Shown here in pieces: positions 48,821 to 58,841 of a DNA stretch of 64,000 nucleotides. The DNA is from an uncultured Alphaproteobacteria bacterium (GTDB taxonomy: Bacteria; Pseudomonadota; Alphaproteobacteria; Methylaequorales; Methylaequoraceae): NCBI GenBank assembly GCA_902523675.1, contig CABZAL010000004.1, positions 715 to 64,714 on the forward strand, in the 5' to 3' direction. How positions within the stretch are numbered: the stretch's first letter is position 1; every line of letters starts with the position of its first letter. The position numbers and the translations under genes were made by a program. The notes below the pieces were generated by a model. That model searched no databases, was not told the DNA's origin, and saw nothing but the letters and a program-made list of their open reading frames with translations.

Positions 48821-49338
48821 GATTTTTTTTTGCATTATTTTTTTTAATTTGCACAGTGTATGCTTTGATTATAGGTTTATCTAAAAATCCTCGTGAAGTA
48901 CCATCGACATTAATTAACCAAAAGATCCCAAATTTTGAATCCATATCAATACCTTCTAAAAAGTCTTTTGATGCATTGAGCTTAACAGCCGATGAGGTAA
49001 AAATAGTAAATTTTTTTGCGTCGTGGTGCCCACCTTGTAAAATTGAACACCCTCAGTTAATGCGTTTAAATCATATAGATGGAGTAAAAATTTATGGAAT
49101 TCTTAAGAAAGATACTCATAGTAGCTTAGAAAAATTTTTAAAAAATTTAGGTAATCCTTATAACGCTATTGTAGATGATCCTAAGGGAAAGACTGGAATT
49201 AGTTGGGGTGTTTATGGTTTGCCAGAAACTTTTATTATCGATAAGAGGGGTACAATAAGATATAAACACATAGGACCAATTATGGAAAGAGAATTACCAA
49301 AAATAAAAATAATTATTAATAAACTACATGAAGAATAA
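48817..49338 (+). CDS. ccmG: thiol:disulfide interchange protein CcmG/DsbE
   Basis: 173 aa with a thioredoxin fold (WCPPC) and GVYGLPETF. Confidence 0.85.
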   Translation: MRFFFALFFLICTVYALIIGLSKNPREVPSTLINQKIPNFESISIPSKKSFDALSLTADEVKIVNFFASWCPPCKIEHPQLMRLNHIDGVKIYGILKKDTHSSLEKFLKNLGNPYNAIVDDPKGKTGISWGVYGLPETFIIDKRGTIRYKHIGPIMERELPKIKIIINKLHEE

Positions 49339-49714
49339 AATTGCAACGATTGCTTTTGTCGTTATTTTTATAATTAATTATGAAACTAAAGCCATTGAGC
49401 CTGACGAAATCCTTCAAGATCAAATCTTAGAAAATAGAGCTAAAAATATTAGCAAAGAACTTAGATGCTTAGTTTGTCAGAATGAAGATATTAATAACTC
49501 TAATGCAGATATCGCTAAAGATTTAAGGCTACTTATTAGAGATGAACTTCTTAATGGAAAAACTGATCAAGAAATTATCAATTTTATCCATTCAAGATAT
49601 GGTGACTTTATTTTGTATAAACCTCCAATAAGATTTTACACAATTTTTCTTTGGGTTTTTCCATTTATCTTTTTTTTTAGCTTTTTAATTCTATTTTTTA
49701 AGAAGAAAAAATGA
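49328..49714 (+). CDS. ccmH: cytochrome c-type biogenesis protein CcmH
   Basis: 128 aa with an LRCLVCQNE motif and a C-terminal TM segment. Confidence 0.85.
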   Translation: MKNKIATIAFVVIFIINYETKAIEPDEILQDQILENRAKNISKELRCLVCQNEDINNSNADIAKDLRLLIRDELLNGKTDQEIINFIHSRYGDFILYKPPIRFYTIFLWVFPFIFFFSFLILFFKKKK

Positions 49715-50325
49715 ATTTTTGGTTTTTTATTTTTATAGTTGGATTTATTACAGTTTTTTTTTCATTATATGTGAACGAAAGAGGTTTAAATCCTAAAAAA
49801 AGAATTTTATTTTCAGTATTAATTTTTTCTGTCACAACTCTAACCTATGTAACTAATTCAAATTTAGAAGTTTTTTCCTACAAAAAAAAATTAGAAAATG
49901 ATTTGTATAGTGAAAAAAAAATTAATCCAGAAAAATTAATACTATTTTTAGAAATACAACTTCAAGAAAATCCAAATGATCTTGAAGGTTGGAAAATTTT
50001 AACTAAGACTTGTTTTTTATCTGGCTATATTCAAAAAGCGGATATCTATTATAAACGATCTCTAAAATTTTTTCCAAATAATCTTGACTTATTATTAGAA
50101 TATGCAGAACTTAAATCAAATGTTTCACAATTGTCAAACGCAATAAGCATTCGAGAAAAAATTAAAGAGCTTGATAATTCTAATATTGAAAACATTATTT
50201 CGCTTATCAAACTATATGTTGATGTGGGGAAAAAAAATGAAGCCAAAAATGAAATAGAATTCTTGAAAAATAAAAAAATTGATAAGAATATAATAAAAGA
50301 ACTTAGTTCAAAAATAAATTTTTAG
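49711..50325 (+). CDS. ccmI: TPR-containing c-type cytochrome biogenesis protein (CcmI-like)
   Basis: 204 aa with N-terminal TM segments and then TPR-like repeats. It is the last gene of the ccm operon. Confidence 0.55.
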   Translation: MNFWFFIFIVGFITVFFSLYVNERGLNPKKRILFSVLIFSVTTLTYVTNSNLEVFSYKKKLENDLYSEKKINPEKLILFLEIQLQENPNDLEGWKILTKTCFLSGYIQKADIYYKRSLKFFPNNLDLLLEYAELKSNVSQLSNAISIREKIKELDNSNIENIISLIKLYVDVGKKNEAKNEIEFLKNKKIDKNIIKELSSKINF

Positions 50326-51189
50326 TTATTTAAGTTCAAGAAATTTTAAATCGTCAAACTTTTTTATAATTTTATGCACTCTTTGGTCAATAACAAACTT
50401 TTTTGATTCTACTTGCTTAACAGGGAGTATTTTTATCAGTGAATTAGTTAAAAAAATACTGTCGGCTTCTAAGAAAAAGTCTTTGGACGACTCACAAATT
50501 TTAATTTCATTAAAGAATTCGCAGCACTTATCAATAACTACTTCTCTCATTATCCCTTTTATTCCGCAAACATTAATAGATGGAGTGAACAAAACATTTT
50601 CTTTTATGAAAAATAAATTCGACATGGTTCCTTCAATAATATTATTATAATTGTCGATGAACATACTATCAAATACATCATGATCTTCCCATTTTGATCT
50701 TGCTAAAACTGAATCTAATCTATTAAGATGTTTGAACCCAGCGAGAGAGTTATTTATTGTAATCGAACTTTTGCTTATTTTAATTTTTACGCCATTTGAA
50801 TAAAAATCTGATGGATATTCAGTCTTATTTGAAACAATAAAAATTATATTAGGTTTCATATTTTTTTCATACTTATATCCTCTTCCACCTTCACCCCTTG
50901 TTATTATTATTTTTAAAACTCCTTCAACCATTCCAATATTGTGAGCTTTAGTTAAAATTTTGTTTTTATCTTTTTCTAACTGCGAAAAATTAGAAATTTT
51001 AATATTGAGAAACTGACATGTTTGTTTGATTCTCCTTAAGTGTCTATTCCAAAATTCAACTCTACAATCTTTTTTTCTTTTACTAAATCTCCAAGCTGTA
51101 GTTTCAAAAAATCCATCGCCATAAGCTAAACCTCTATCAAATATAGAAATTTTATCTTTAAATTCTCCATTGATAATTGCTAATCGCAT
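50326..51189 (-). CDS. pabC: class IV aminotransferase-fold protein, aminodeoxychorismate lyase-like
   Basis: 287 aa with the FDRGLAYGDGFFET N-terminal motif. It overlaps the upstream pabB-like gene by 10 nt. Confidence 0.65.
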   Translation of the reverse strand: MRLAIINGEFKDKISIFDRGLAYGDGFFETTAWRFSKRKKDCRVEFWNRHLRRIKQTCQFLNIKISNFSQLEKDKNKILTKAHNIGMVEGVLKIIITRGEGGRGYKYEKNMKPNIIFIVSNKTEYPSDFYSNGVKIKISKSSITINNSLAGFKHLNRLDSVLARSKWEDHDVFDSMFIDNYNNIIEGTMSNLFFIKENVLFTPSINVCGIKGIMREVVIDKCCEFFNEIKICESSKDFFLEADSIFLTNSLIKILPVKQVESKKFVIDQRVHKIIKKFDDLKFLELK

Positions 51190-52589
51190 TGTGACCTTAA
51201 GTTTTGAAGAGCTTCAAGCATAGCACTTACTTTTGCTTCAGTTTCTAACGTTTCTTTTTCTGGAATTGAATCTGCAACAATTCCTCCTCCAGCTCTAATA
51301 AATATTTTACCCTCCTCCATAAGCATTGATCTGATCAGAATATTAAAATCAAGATTTGAATTATGGTTGACATATCCGAATGATCCGGTGTAAGGACCTC
51401 TCCCTATTTTTTCCAATTCTCCTAAAATTTCAATACATCTTACTTTTGGACATCCGGTTATAGTACCTCCTGGAAACACCGCTGATAAAATGTGTCCTGG
51501 CTTTACATTATTTCTAATTACACCTTTAATATTTGATACAATGTGATGAACGTGTGAATATGATTCAATTACCATCATTTCATCTACCTTAACTGTACCA
51601 AACTTACATACTCTAGAAATATCATTACGCTCTAAGTCAACTAGCATTAAATGTTCAGCTCTTTCCTTCTCTGAACTGATTAATTCTCTGGATAGTTCAA
51701 CATCTAATATTCCACTTCCTCCTCTAGGTCTTGTTCCAGCAATAGGCCTTGTCTCTAGAATGGAATCTTTGATACTTACAAGTCTTTCAGGAGATGAACT
51801 TATAATTGAACTATTATTAAAAAAAACCATTCCTGCAAAAGGTGAGGGATTTGTTTTTTTAAGTTCTCTATAAATTTCACTATCAATGTTTTTATCATGA
51901 ACTTTAAACTCCCAAAGTCTAGACAAATTAGCCTGAAATATTTCACCCTGAAAAATATAGTCTATACATTTTTTTATATCTTTTTGATGATCTTTGCTTG
52001 TCCCTTTTTTAATCAGCTCTATTTTTTTATTAAAAACTTCTTTTTTAAAAGACTCATTGTTTAAAATTAAAAAAAAATCTTTTTCCATTGCGTCTAATAT
52101 TTCGTTTGATTCTTCTGAAAAGAAATAAATTGTTTCCTTTATATGATCCAAAATAACAGCTGACTTTATTCTAGAGGCAAAAGCTGTTGGAAATTTAAAA
52201 GGAGAATCTGGAATATTTAGCTTATCTTCAATTTCATAGATTAACTCATAGCCTAAGTAAACAAACCAACCACCTAAAAATGGTATGTCTATTCCTCTGT
52301 CCTTTAAAATATCTTGATCTTGAATCAAACATTCTTCCTCCCAATACTTGTTAAAAGTTTCTAAAAAATTTAGGTCCTTTAAATTTTTTTTCACTAACCT
52401 GGTATCAGGGTCACAAAAGATTATAGAAAATCTTGCTGATTTGTTACCTTTGGCTGAGCTTTCGAGAAGGAAAGGATATTTTTTCCTATTTAATTCAAAA
52501 AAACTAATCATTTCAAACAAAGAGGTATCAATTTTTTGATATCTAAGATAAAGATTTCTTCCTACAATATTTTTTTTTTGTATATTCAT
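51180..52589 (-). CDS. pabB: aminodeoxychorismate synthase component I (chorismate-binding enzyme)
   Basis: 469 aa with SSSPERLV, the PIAGTRPRG region and PGGTITGCPK. The PabB-over-TrpE call rests on the coupled PabC-like gene. Confidence 0.75.
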   Translation of the reverse strand: MNIQKKNIVGRNLYLRYQKIDTSLFEMISFFELNRKKYPFLLESSAKGNKSARFSIIFCDPDTRLVKKNLKDLNFLETFNKYWEEECLIQDQDILKDRGIDIPFLGGWFVYLGYELIYEIEDKLNIPDSPFKFPTAFASRIKSAVILDHIKETIYFFSEESNEILDAMEKDFFLILNNESFKKEVFNKKIELIKKGTSKDHQKDIKKCIDYIFQGEIFQANLSRLWEFKVHDKNIDSEIYRELKKTNPSPFAGMVFFNNSSIISSSPERLVSIKDSILETRPIAGTRPRGGSGILDVELSRELISSEKERAEHLMLVDLERNDISRVCKFGTVKVDEMMVIESYSHVHHIVSNIKGVIRNNVKPGHILSAVFPGGTITGCPKVRCIEILGELEKIGRGPYTGSFGYVNHNSNLDFNILIRSMLMEEGKIFIRAGGGIVADSIPEKETLETEAKVSAMLEALQNLRSQCD

Positions 52590-52642
52590 AACTTGTTTTT
52601 TTTATTTGTTATAACATATAAAACTAATAGGGAGTATTCATT

Positions 52643-53923
52643 ATGTATCATACCGTAGTTATTGGTGGAGGTTGTTTAGGTGCAGCAACTGCAATATCCT
52701 TACAACATAAACTAAATAAACTTAATATAAAAGAAAAGGTTTGTATTATTGATAAATCTGTACTTTGCGCAGCAGAATCATCTAGACATTCAGGAATAGT
52801 AAGATCAGCTAATGCTGATCAGGATGCATCATTGATGGCTTCAGAAAGCACAAAGCTCTGGAAAAATTTAGGATCTATATGGGGAATTGATATGGAAACT
52901 GAACAGTTTGGTGCGATTTGGATAGCCAAAAAAGGACAAAATGGTGAAAATAAAGCTTGGAAAGAACTTTCAAAAAGAATGAAGTCATTAAACATAGAAT
53001 TCAACGAAATCGATCATACAAAAGCGAGTGATTTGTGCGGTGAGAGCCTGATTATTAATGAAGATGAAAGCTATTATTATGAACCAGCAGCACTTCAGAT
53101 AGATCCAAGTATTTTGAGGTCCACAATCTATGATGCACTAGAATACAATGGTGTTGAAATATTAGAAAAGACTTCTGTTGAGAGTATATTAACCAGTGAT
53201 GATAATGTCACTACTTGTGTTACCAATAATGGTAACTTCAGCGGAAAACATTTTGTAAATGCTGTGGGAGCATGGAGCCCCCAACTTTTTTTAAAAATTG
53301 GTATCAAAATACCTGTTACCATCGAACCTGTTTCAGTTGTTAATTGGATGGAGAGCCCTAAACAAATAAAACATGAATATCCAATTATAGCTGATTACGT
53401 TAATCTATGTTATTTTAGATCATGGAGGGGGAATAAGTTACATGCTCATCAGCCGAGAAAAAGATCAGTGTATGAAATAGCAAAAAATTTCATTAACGAT
53501 TTATGCGCTGTCAATGGGGGAGAATATTTAAATGAACCTATGAATCAAAGTTTGGCTTACAATCAAATCAAAACTTATGAAGATATTGCAAGAAAAAGAT
53601 TTTCAAATATTGATAACACTGTATATTCTTCAGGATACAGATCTTTTTTTGATATTACACCAGATTTAAGATTCATTCTTGGAGAGGACTCAAAATTTTC
53701 CAACTTGTATCATGTACTGGGTTCAGGTCAAGCAATGAAATACTCACCTATTCTGGGTGAAGCAATAGCAGAAGATATTTTAAAGCGCCCTGAAAACATA
53801 AGTAAATTTGATTATAAAAAATTTTCTATTAATAGATTTGGTGATGACTACATGGATCAATTTTGGAATCTTGTAAATGGTGAAGAAAACACCCTTCACA
53901 GACAAGGAAAGAATACACTTTAA
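52643..53923 (+). CDS. FAD-dependent oxidoreductase (DAO / sarcosine-oxidase-beta-like family)
   Basis: 426 aa with the VVIGGGCLGAATA dinucleotide fold. Confidence 0.7.
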   Translation: MYHTVVIGGGCLGAATAISLQHKLNKLNIKEKVCIIDKSVLCAAESSRHSGIVRSANADQDASLMASESTKLWKNLGSIWGIDMETEQFGAIWIAKKGQNGENKAWKELSKRMKSLNIEFNEIDHTKASDLCGESLIINEDESYYYEPAALQIDPSILRSTIYDALEYNGVEILEKTSVESILTSDDNVTTCVTNNGNFSGKHFVNAVGAWSPQLFLKIGIKIPVTIEPVSVVNWMESPKQIKHEYPIIADYVNLCYFRSWRGNKLHAHQPRKRSVYEIAKNFINDLCAVNGGEYLNEPMNQSLAYNQIKTYEDIARKRFSNIDNTVYSSGYRSFFDITPDLRFILGEDSKFSNLYHVLGSGQAMKYSPILGEAIAEDILKRPENISKFDYKKFSINRFGDDYMDQFWNLVNGEENTLHRQGKNTL

Positions 53924-54019
53924 TCGGACAACAAACTTTAAAATTCTCTTGATTAAGTAAAAATAAAGAAAAAAACATTCTGCAACGTAATGTCAATATT
54001 GCAAAATGCCTATATGCTT

Positions 54020-54409
54020 TTATTCATCTTTTAAAGAAGTCATAACATTTAAATTTCTCCAAAAATCTTCCCCTTTCAGGTTCATATCATTGAGTCTGAT
54101 CAATAAACTTCTCAATATAGCCTTAATTACGGGATCAGCCTTTCCAATTTTATCTTTTAATTGTTTTTCACTTATTGGAAATAAAATACAATTTGTTGCT
54201 GCCTCCGCCGTAACTGATCTTTCTTGATCCAAAGAAGGTCCTCTCTCACCAAAGATTTCTCCTTCACCAATTTGACCTAAAAGAAGACCTCCTGGGCTAT
54301 ATATATTAACTTTTCCTGAATGAACATAGTAAGCAAGATTTGCTTTTTCACCTTTTGAATAAATCTTAGATCCTGAAGAAAATTTTAACCTGTCTAAGCT
54401 AGTTTTCAT
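54020..54409 (-). CDS. stand-alone cyclic-nucleotide-binding domain protein
   Basis: 129 aa with GEGEIFGE...RSVTAEAATNCILF, typical of the cNMP-binding beta-roll and phosphate-binding cassette. Confidence 0.7.
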   Translation of the reverse strand: MKTSLDRLKFSSGSKIYSKGEKANLAYYVHSGKVNIYSPGGLLLGQIGEGEIFGERGPSLDQERSVTAEAATNCILFPISEKQLKDKIGKADPVIKAILRSLLIRLNDMNLKGEDFWRNLNVMTSLKDE

Positions 54410-54433
54410 AAATAAAAATCTCCACTTTATAAT

Positions 54434-55849
54434 TTAAATTGAAATATTATTTTTTTTCATTAGTTTTTCAAAGTTTTTTCTACTTTCAATATATCTTTTT
54501 GAATATTGTTGTTTGCTTGAAATTAATGAATCAAAAAATGACGGTTTTTTACTAGACGTATAAGAAAAGCATTTTTTTGTATACAAATTAAATTTTTTGC
54601 AGTCTAACACTTTTTCTACTGAAGTCCTGATGTTTTTTAAAACATTTGACTCAAATTTAGTTTGGAAAAAAAACTTGTCTTTAATTTTGATTACTGGAAT
54701 ATTAGAAGCACCACTTGATCTTAAAAATTGATAGAAGATTTCAGATATCATCCCTTCCCAATCAATATATACTTTAGAATAAAAATTTTTGTATAAGTTG
54801 GGAAAATAACTTGAAACAATCTTTATTAAGTTTTCAAAGTCTGATCTTCTTACTGATTTTCTAATTCCTAATTTTCCTTTTTCATTTGAAAAGGATCTTA
54901 ACAAATTTTCAAAATTTTCGGATGCAAAGCCCTTAATTAGTATATAATTAAGTTGGTCAATGTTTTGAATAAAATTTGTATACTTTTTAAAGATTTCCAA
55001 ATTCAAATCTTCAAAAGAAAAATTGAACTTTTTTGATAGAATAATTGGAAGTAAATTTGACAAATCAATAAAAGAAGTTTCAGAATTATTAATAAGCATA
55101 TGGTGAGAATATTTAGTTACGCTGTAAAGATCTAAGTTATCCCACCAACTACCTGTTATAATTCCAAACTTTTTCCAATTTTTATGAAAGTATCTTGATT
55201 GAGTGACACGTAGAAAAGAAATTATAATCTTAGCTTTATCTCCACGTCTTATAAAATTATCATTAATACATGGAATATCAAAAAAAGTTTTTAGCATTAG
55301 TGCGTTATAATTTCTCATTATCTCTCGCATTTCGTGAGTTGCAAAACTATCCTTGTATTCCTGAGGTTTTAAAGAAGAATCTAATAAAAAAACAACTTCC
55401 CTTTTTTCGTTTTTATGAATCTTGTAAATATTAATATTCGATTTTTTAAAAAGACTTATCAACTTTAGTGAAGCTTTTATTCTTGTTAATCTACTTATGT
55501 TGGTTTTTGCATCATAAAAACCTGGAAAGAAATCAATCCAGAAGTTATCTTTAAGATATTTTATTGCCTCTATCGCAATTGATGAGATATTATTTGGATT
55601 GTATCTTGATTTAGCTTTGTAACCTCTTTTTGACATTGAAACTGCCAAAAATTGTTGTTCTGATTCATTCCAGCATGAAAAAAGATCTAGAACAAGAAAT
55701 TTTACATGCTTAATAAGCAAGGTGTTTTTTGAGGAAACCCTGAAAAGAATTTCATCAAAAAAAGACCGCGTATCATCTAAAATTAAATTCTTTTGAAAAT
55801 CTAATCTTCTACAAAAATTAAAATCTAATTGAATATGCTCATTTTTCAT
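54434..55849 (-). CDS. hypothetical protein (471 aa), no recognisable domain
   Basis: A long uninterrupted ORF in a stop-rich AT genome. It lies 24 nt upstream of the cNMP-binding gene on the same strand. Confidence 0.5.
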   Translation of the reverse strand: MKNEHIQLDFNFCRRLDFQKNLILDDTRSFFDEILFRVSSKNTLLIKHVKFLVLDLFSCWNESEQQFLAVSMSKRGYKAKSRYNPNNISSIAIEAIKYLKDNFWIDFFPGFYDAKTNISRLTRIKASLKLISLFKKSNINIYKIHKNEKREVVFLLDSSLKPQEYKDSFATHEMREIMRNYNALMLKTFFDIPCINDNFIRRGDKAKIIISFLRVTQSRYFHKNWKKFGIITGSWWDNLDLYSVTKYSHHMLINNSETSFIDLSNLLPIILSKKFNFSFEDLNLEIFKKYTNFIQNIDQLNYILIKGFASENFENLLRSFSNEKGKLGIRKSVRRSDFENLIKIVSSYFPNLYKNFYSKVYIDWEGMISEIFYQFLRSSGASNIPVIKIKDKFFFQTKFESNVLKNIRTSVEKVLDCKKFNLYTKKCFSYTSSKKPSFFDSLISSKQQYSKRYIESRKNFEKLMKKNNISI

Positions 55850-55876
55850 AATAAAAACAATTAGGTGGGTATTTAA

Positions 55877-56155
55877 GTGTCTGTTTTTGGTTTTTTAGCA
55901 TACGAAATATTAAGAATATATAGCTTTCTTGTTATAGTTTATGTCTTGATTAACATTTTAATATCTTTTAATATAATTAACAGTAATAATCGATTTATTA
56001 ATATGATAATAGACTCGATGTACTTACTTATTGAACCATTACTTAGAAAGATTAGATCAGTATTACCAAATTTTGGAAGCATTGATATATCACCTATAAT
56101 TTTACTAATTCTGATCCGAACAGTTCAATATGCAATTTTAAAATATAGCTTATAA
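55877..56155 (+). CDS. YggT-family membrane protein
   Basis: 92 aa with two hydrophobic helices and a YggT-like PLLRKIR...DISPI pattern. The start codon is GTG. Confidence 0.65.
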   Translation: MSVFGFLAYEILRIYSFLVIVYVLINILISFNIINSNNRFINMIIDSMYLLIEPLLRKIRSVLPNFGSIDISPIILLILIRTVQYAILKYSL

Positions 56156-56158
56156 CAA

Positions 56159-57055
56159 ATGAATGATTGTATAGTATTAGACGGGAAGAAGTTTGCTGAA
56201 GAAATAAGATCAAAACTTAAAGATTTAGGCACACAATTTACAGAAGAAACTGGTGTCACACCCGGACTAGCCGTTGTTGTTGTAGGTGATCATCCTGCAA
56301 GCAAGGTGTATGTAAGGAATAAAATTAAGCAAACTGAAGAAGTTGGATTCAATTCTATTGAACATAAACTGCCAACAAATGTCTCTGAGAAAGACTTACT
56401 TTCGATTGTTGATAATTTAAATCATGACAAAAAAGTTAATGGAATTTTAGTTCAATTACCTTTGCCAGAACATATAAACTCTGATGTAATCCTCGATAAA
56501 ATTGATCCTTCAAAAGATGTAGATGGTTTTCATGCGACAAATGTTGGAAAATTGTGGAGTGGTTTGAATAGTCTCGTTCCATGTACTCCTTTGGGTTGTA
56601 GCCTGATGATTAAAAAATTGTATAGTGATCTATCTGGAAAAAAAGCAGTAATTGTTGGAAGATCAAATATTGTTGGAAAACCTATGGCAGCATTACTTAT
56701 TAAAATGAATGCAACGGTAACTATCGTCCATTCAAGAACAAAAAATATTGAAGAAATTTGTAAATCAGCTGATATTTTAGTCGCAGCAGTAGGAGTGCCT
56801 AATATGGTCAAGGGAACATGGATTAAAAAGGGATGTGTTGTAATTGACGTAGGAATAAATAGAATCGAAAAAGATGGAAAAAATATTTTAGTAGGTGACG
56901 TAGATTTTAATGAAGCAATAAAAAGTTCTTCGATGATTACTCCTGTACCTGGTGGAGTAGGGCCAATGACAATTGCCTGCCTTTTATTAAACACTCTTAA
57001 TGCTTCCAAGGCACAATATAACTTAAATGAAATTGATCTAAGTTCTGTGCTTTAA
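56159..57055 (+). CDS. folD: bifunctional methylenetetrahydrofolate dehydrogenase/cyclohydrolase
   Basis: 298 aa with [24 protein letters not shown] and [10 protein letters not shown]. Confidence 0.9.
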   Translation: MNDCIVLDGKKFAEEIRSKLKDLGTQFTEETGVTPGLAVVVVGDHPASKVYVRNKIKQTEEVGFNSIEHKLPTNVSEKDLLSIVDNLNHDKKVNGILVQLPLPEHINSDVILDKIDPSKDVDGFHATNVGKLWSGLNSLVPCTPLGCSLMIKKLYSDLSGKKAVIVGRSNIVGKPMAALLIKMNATVTIVHSRTKNIEEICKSADILVAAVGVPNMVKGTWIKKGCVVIDVGINRIEKDGKNILVGDVDFNEAIKSSSMITPVPGGVGPMTIACLLLNTLNASKAQYNLNEIDLSSVL

Positions 57056-58243
57056 TAGTTTTAACCTAAGAGCATTTAACTTAATAAATCCATCTGCGTC
57101 TTTTTGGTCATACTTATTGTCTTCTTCAAAAGTTGCCATTTCGTTTGAGTAAAGGCTATTTTTAGAACTTCTACTCAAAATCTGGATATTTCCTTTATAC
57201 AAACTCACTACTACATTTCCACTCACATGGGTTTGACTCTTATTAATTAATGCTTGAAGCATTTCTCTTTCTGGAGAAAACCAAAAACCATTATAAATAA
57301 GCTCAGCATAACGCGGCATTATTTCATCTTTCAAATGAGCTGAGCCTTTATCAAGTGTTAAACTTTCTATTGCTCTTCTAGCAAATAAAAGTATTGTTCC
57401 GCCTGGTGTTTCATAAACTCCTCTTGATTTCATACCTATAAATCTATTTTCAACAATATCTAATCTTCCTATTCCATTTTCTCCGCCTAACGCATTCAAT
57501 TTTCTTAGTAAATCAGCCGGAGTCATTTGCTCATTATTGATTGCAACTGGATCTCCCTTTAAAAAATCAATATTTATCTTAGTTTCTATATCTGGTGCTT
57601 CATTCGGAGAAACCGATCTTGTAAACATATCCTCACTAAAAGTTTTAGATGGATCTTCAAGTATTTTACCTTCATAAGAAGTATGTAAAATATTAGCATC
57701 CATTGAATACGGAGGTGTGTCAAGCTTATCTTTTGGAACAGGAATGTTGTATTTTTTAGCATATTCCAATAAAGCATTTCTAGAATTTAAATTCCATTCT
57801 CTCCAAGGTGCAACTACTTTTATATTAGGGTTATTAGCATAATAGCCCAACTCAAATCTTATTTGATCATTTCCTTTTCCAGTCGCACCATGACTTACTG
57901 CATCTGCTTTTTCTTTATTGGCAATCTCAATTTGACGTTTAGCTATAAGAGGTCTTGCTATTGATGTACCTAAAAGATATTGACCTTCATAAAGAGCATT
58001 TGCTCTAAACATTGGAAACACATAATCTTTTACAAAAACGTCACTAAGATCTTCAATATAAATTGATTTCACTCCAAGCATCCTTGCTTTTTCTCTTGCT
58101 TCATCAACTTCGACTCCTTGACCAATATCAGCAGTAAATGTAATAACTTCACAATCAAATTTTTCTTGCAACCATTTAAGAATTATTGAAGTGTCAAGGC
58201 CTCCTGAAAAGGCCAAAACTATCTTTTTATATTTTTTTTTCAT
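57038..58243 (-). CDS. argG: argininosuccinate synthase
   Basis: It has the [12 protein letters not shown]-loop and [14 protein letters not shown] prefer the ATG at 58243 because the track start at 58291 would overlap the upstream gene. Confidence 0.9.
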   Translation of the reverse strand: MKKKYKKIVLAFSGGLDTSIILKWLQEKFDCEVITFTADIGQGVEVDEAREKARMLGVKSIYIEDLSDVFVKDYVFPMFRANALYEGQYLLGTSIARPLIAKRQIEIANKEKADAVSHGATGKGNDQIRFELGYYANNPNIKVVAPWREWNLNSRNALLEYAKKYNIPVPKDKLDTPPYSMDANILHTSYEGKILEDPSKTFSEDMFTRSVSPNEAPDIETKINIDFLKGDPVAINNEQMTPADLLRKLNALGGENGIGRLDIVENRFIGMKSRGVYETPGGTILLFARRAIESLTLDKGSAHLKDEIMPRYAELIYNGFWFSPEREMLQALINKSQTHVSGNVVVSLYKGNIQILSRSSKNSLYSNEMATFEEDNKYDQKDADGFIKLNALRLKLLKHRT

Positions 58244-58268
58244 AATTTTTAGGTGATATTTATAGTTT

Positions 58269-58790
58269 TTATTTCTTTTGGCACGCTTCATTTATTTTTT
58301 GATAAGCCTTACTGAAGCCCAAAAGTGAGTAGGTATCTTTGGTTAATGTTCCTCGCGATGAAGTTCCAATAACTTCCATTTTTAGAGAGGTTTTCATGGC
58401 GTTTATTACTTTTAAATCGTCTCTAACACTAAAACTCCAGGCACGTGATCCTGAAGTAAAAAGTTGAATTTTTAAATCGCCAATTTGAACATCTGGATTA
58501 CTACCTGCCTTAAAATTATAACCGGCTACTATACTAAACTCATCCCATTTATCCTGACCGGGAAGATGAGTAACCATTGCAAAAATATCTCCACGTTTTT
58601 TATAGTTTCCTTCATCTTTTTTTGGTTTTGAAACAATCATACATGCTTTATTTTTTGCTTCACCTTCTGAATACGCTTTCCAGTCTTTGCTAGAAAGAAT
58701 TTCTCTAGAAGTTAATTTATTCAAATCTAAAATGTATGTGAAAGAGAGAAAGAAATAAAATATAGTGTATAGGTAGATTTTAAGTTTCAT
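58269..58790 (-). CDS. invasion-associated locus B (IalB)-family periplasmic protein
   Basis: 173 aa with a signal peptide. Size and pattern (W.A......ACMI...P......RG...) resemble alphaproteobacterial IalB proteins. Confidence 0.55.
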   Translation of the reverse strand: MKLKIYLYTIFYFFLSFTYILDLNKLTSREILSSKDWKAYSEGEAKNKACMIVSKPKKDEGNYKKRGDIFAMVTHLPGQDKWDEFSIVAGYNFKAGSNPDVQIGDLKIQLFTSGSRAWSFSVRDDLKVINAMKTSLKMEVIGTSSRGTLTKDTYSLLGFSKAYQKINEACQKK

Positions 58791-58841
58791 TTTTTTTTAA
58801 TTACACAAAAAAAATTAAATTGCAAGGATTGTTGATTTATA

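Noticed and set aside
56530-57009. A 159-aa ORF antisense to folD, the longest of about 30 nested or antisense ORFs in the track. Others include 565..750, 3322..3612, 5737..5928, 9299..9586, 15198..15446, 17336..17569, 22588..22782, 28784..28984, 34792..35070, 35775..36032, 38788..39000, 42456..42722, 47635..47895, 61922..62239 and 63722..63943.
   Set aside because: Each lies wholly or almost wholly (3322..3612, 17788..17991 and 54006..54227 spill a few nt past the host gene end) inside a longer ORF that has clear family motifs. None has recognisable motifs or a plausible ribosome-binding context. I treat them as shadow ORFs.
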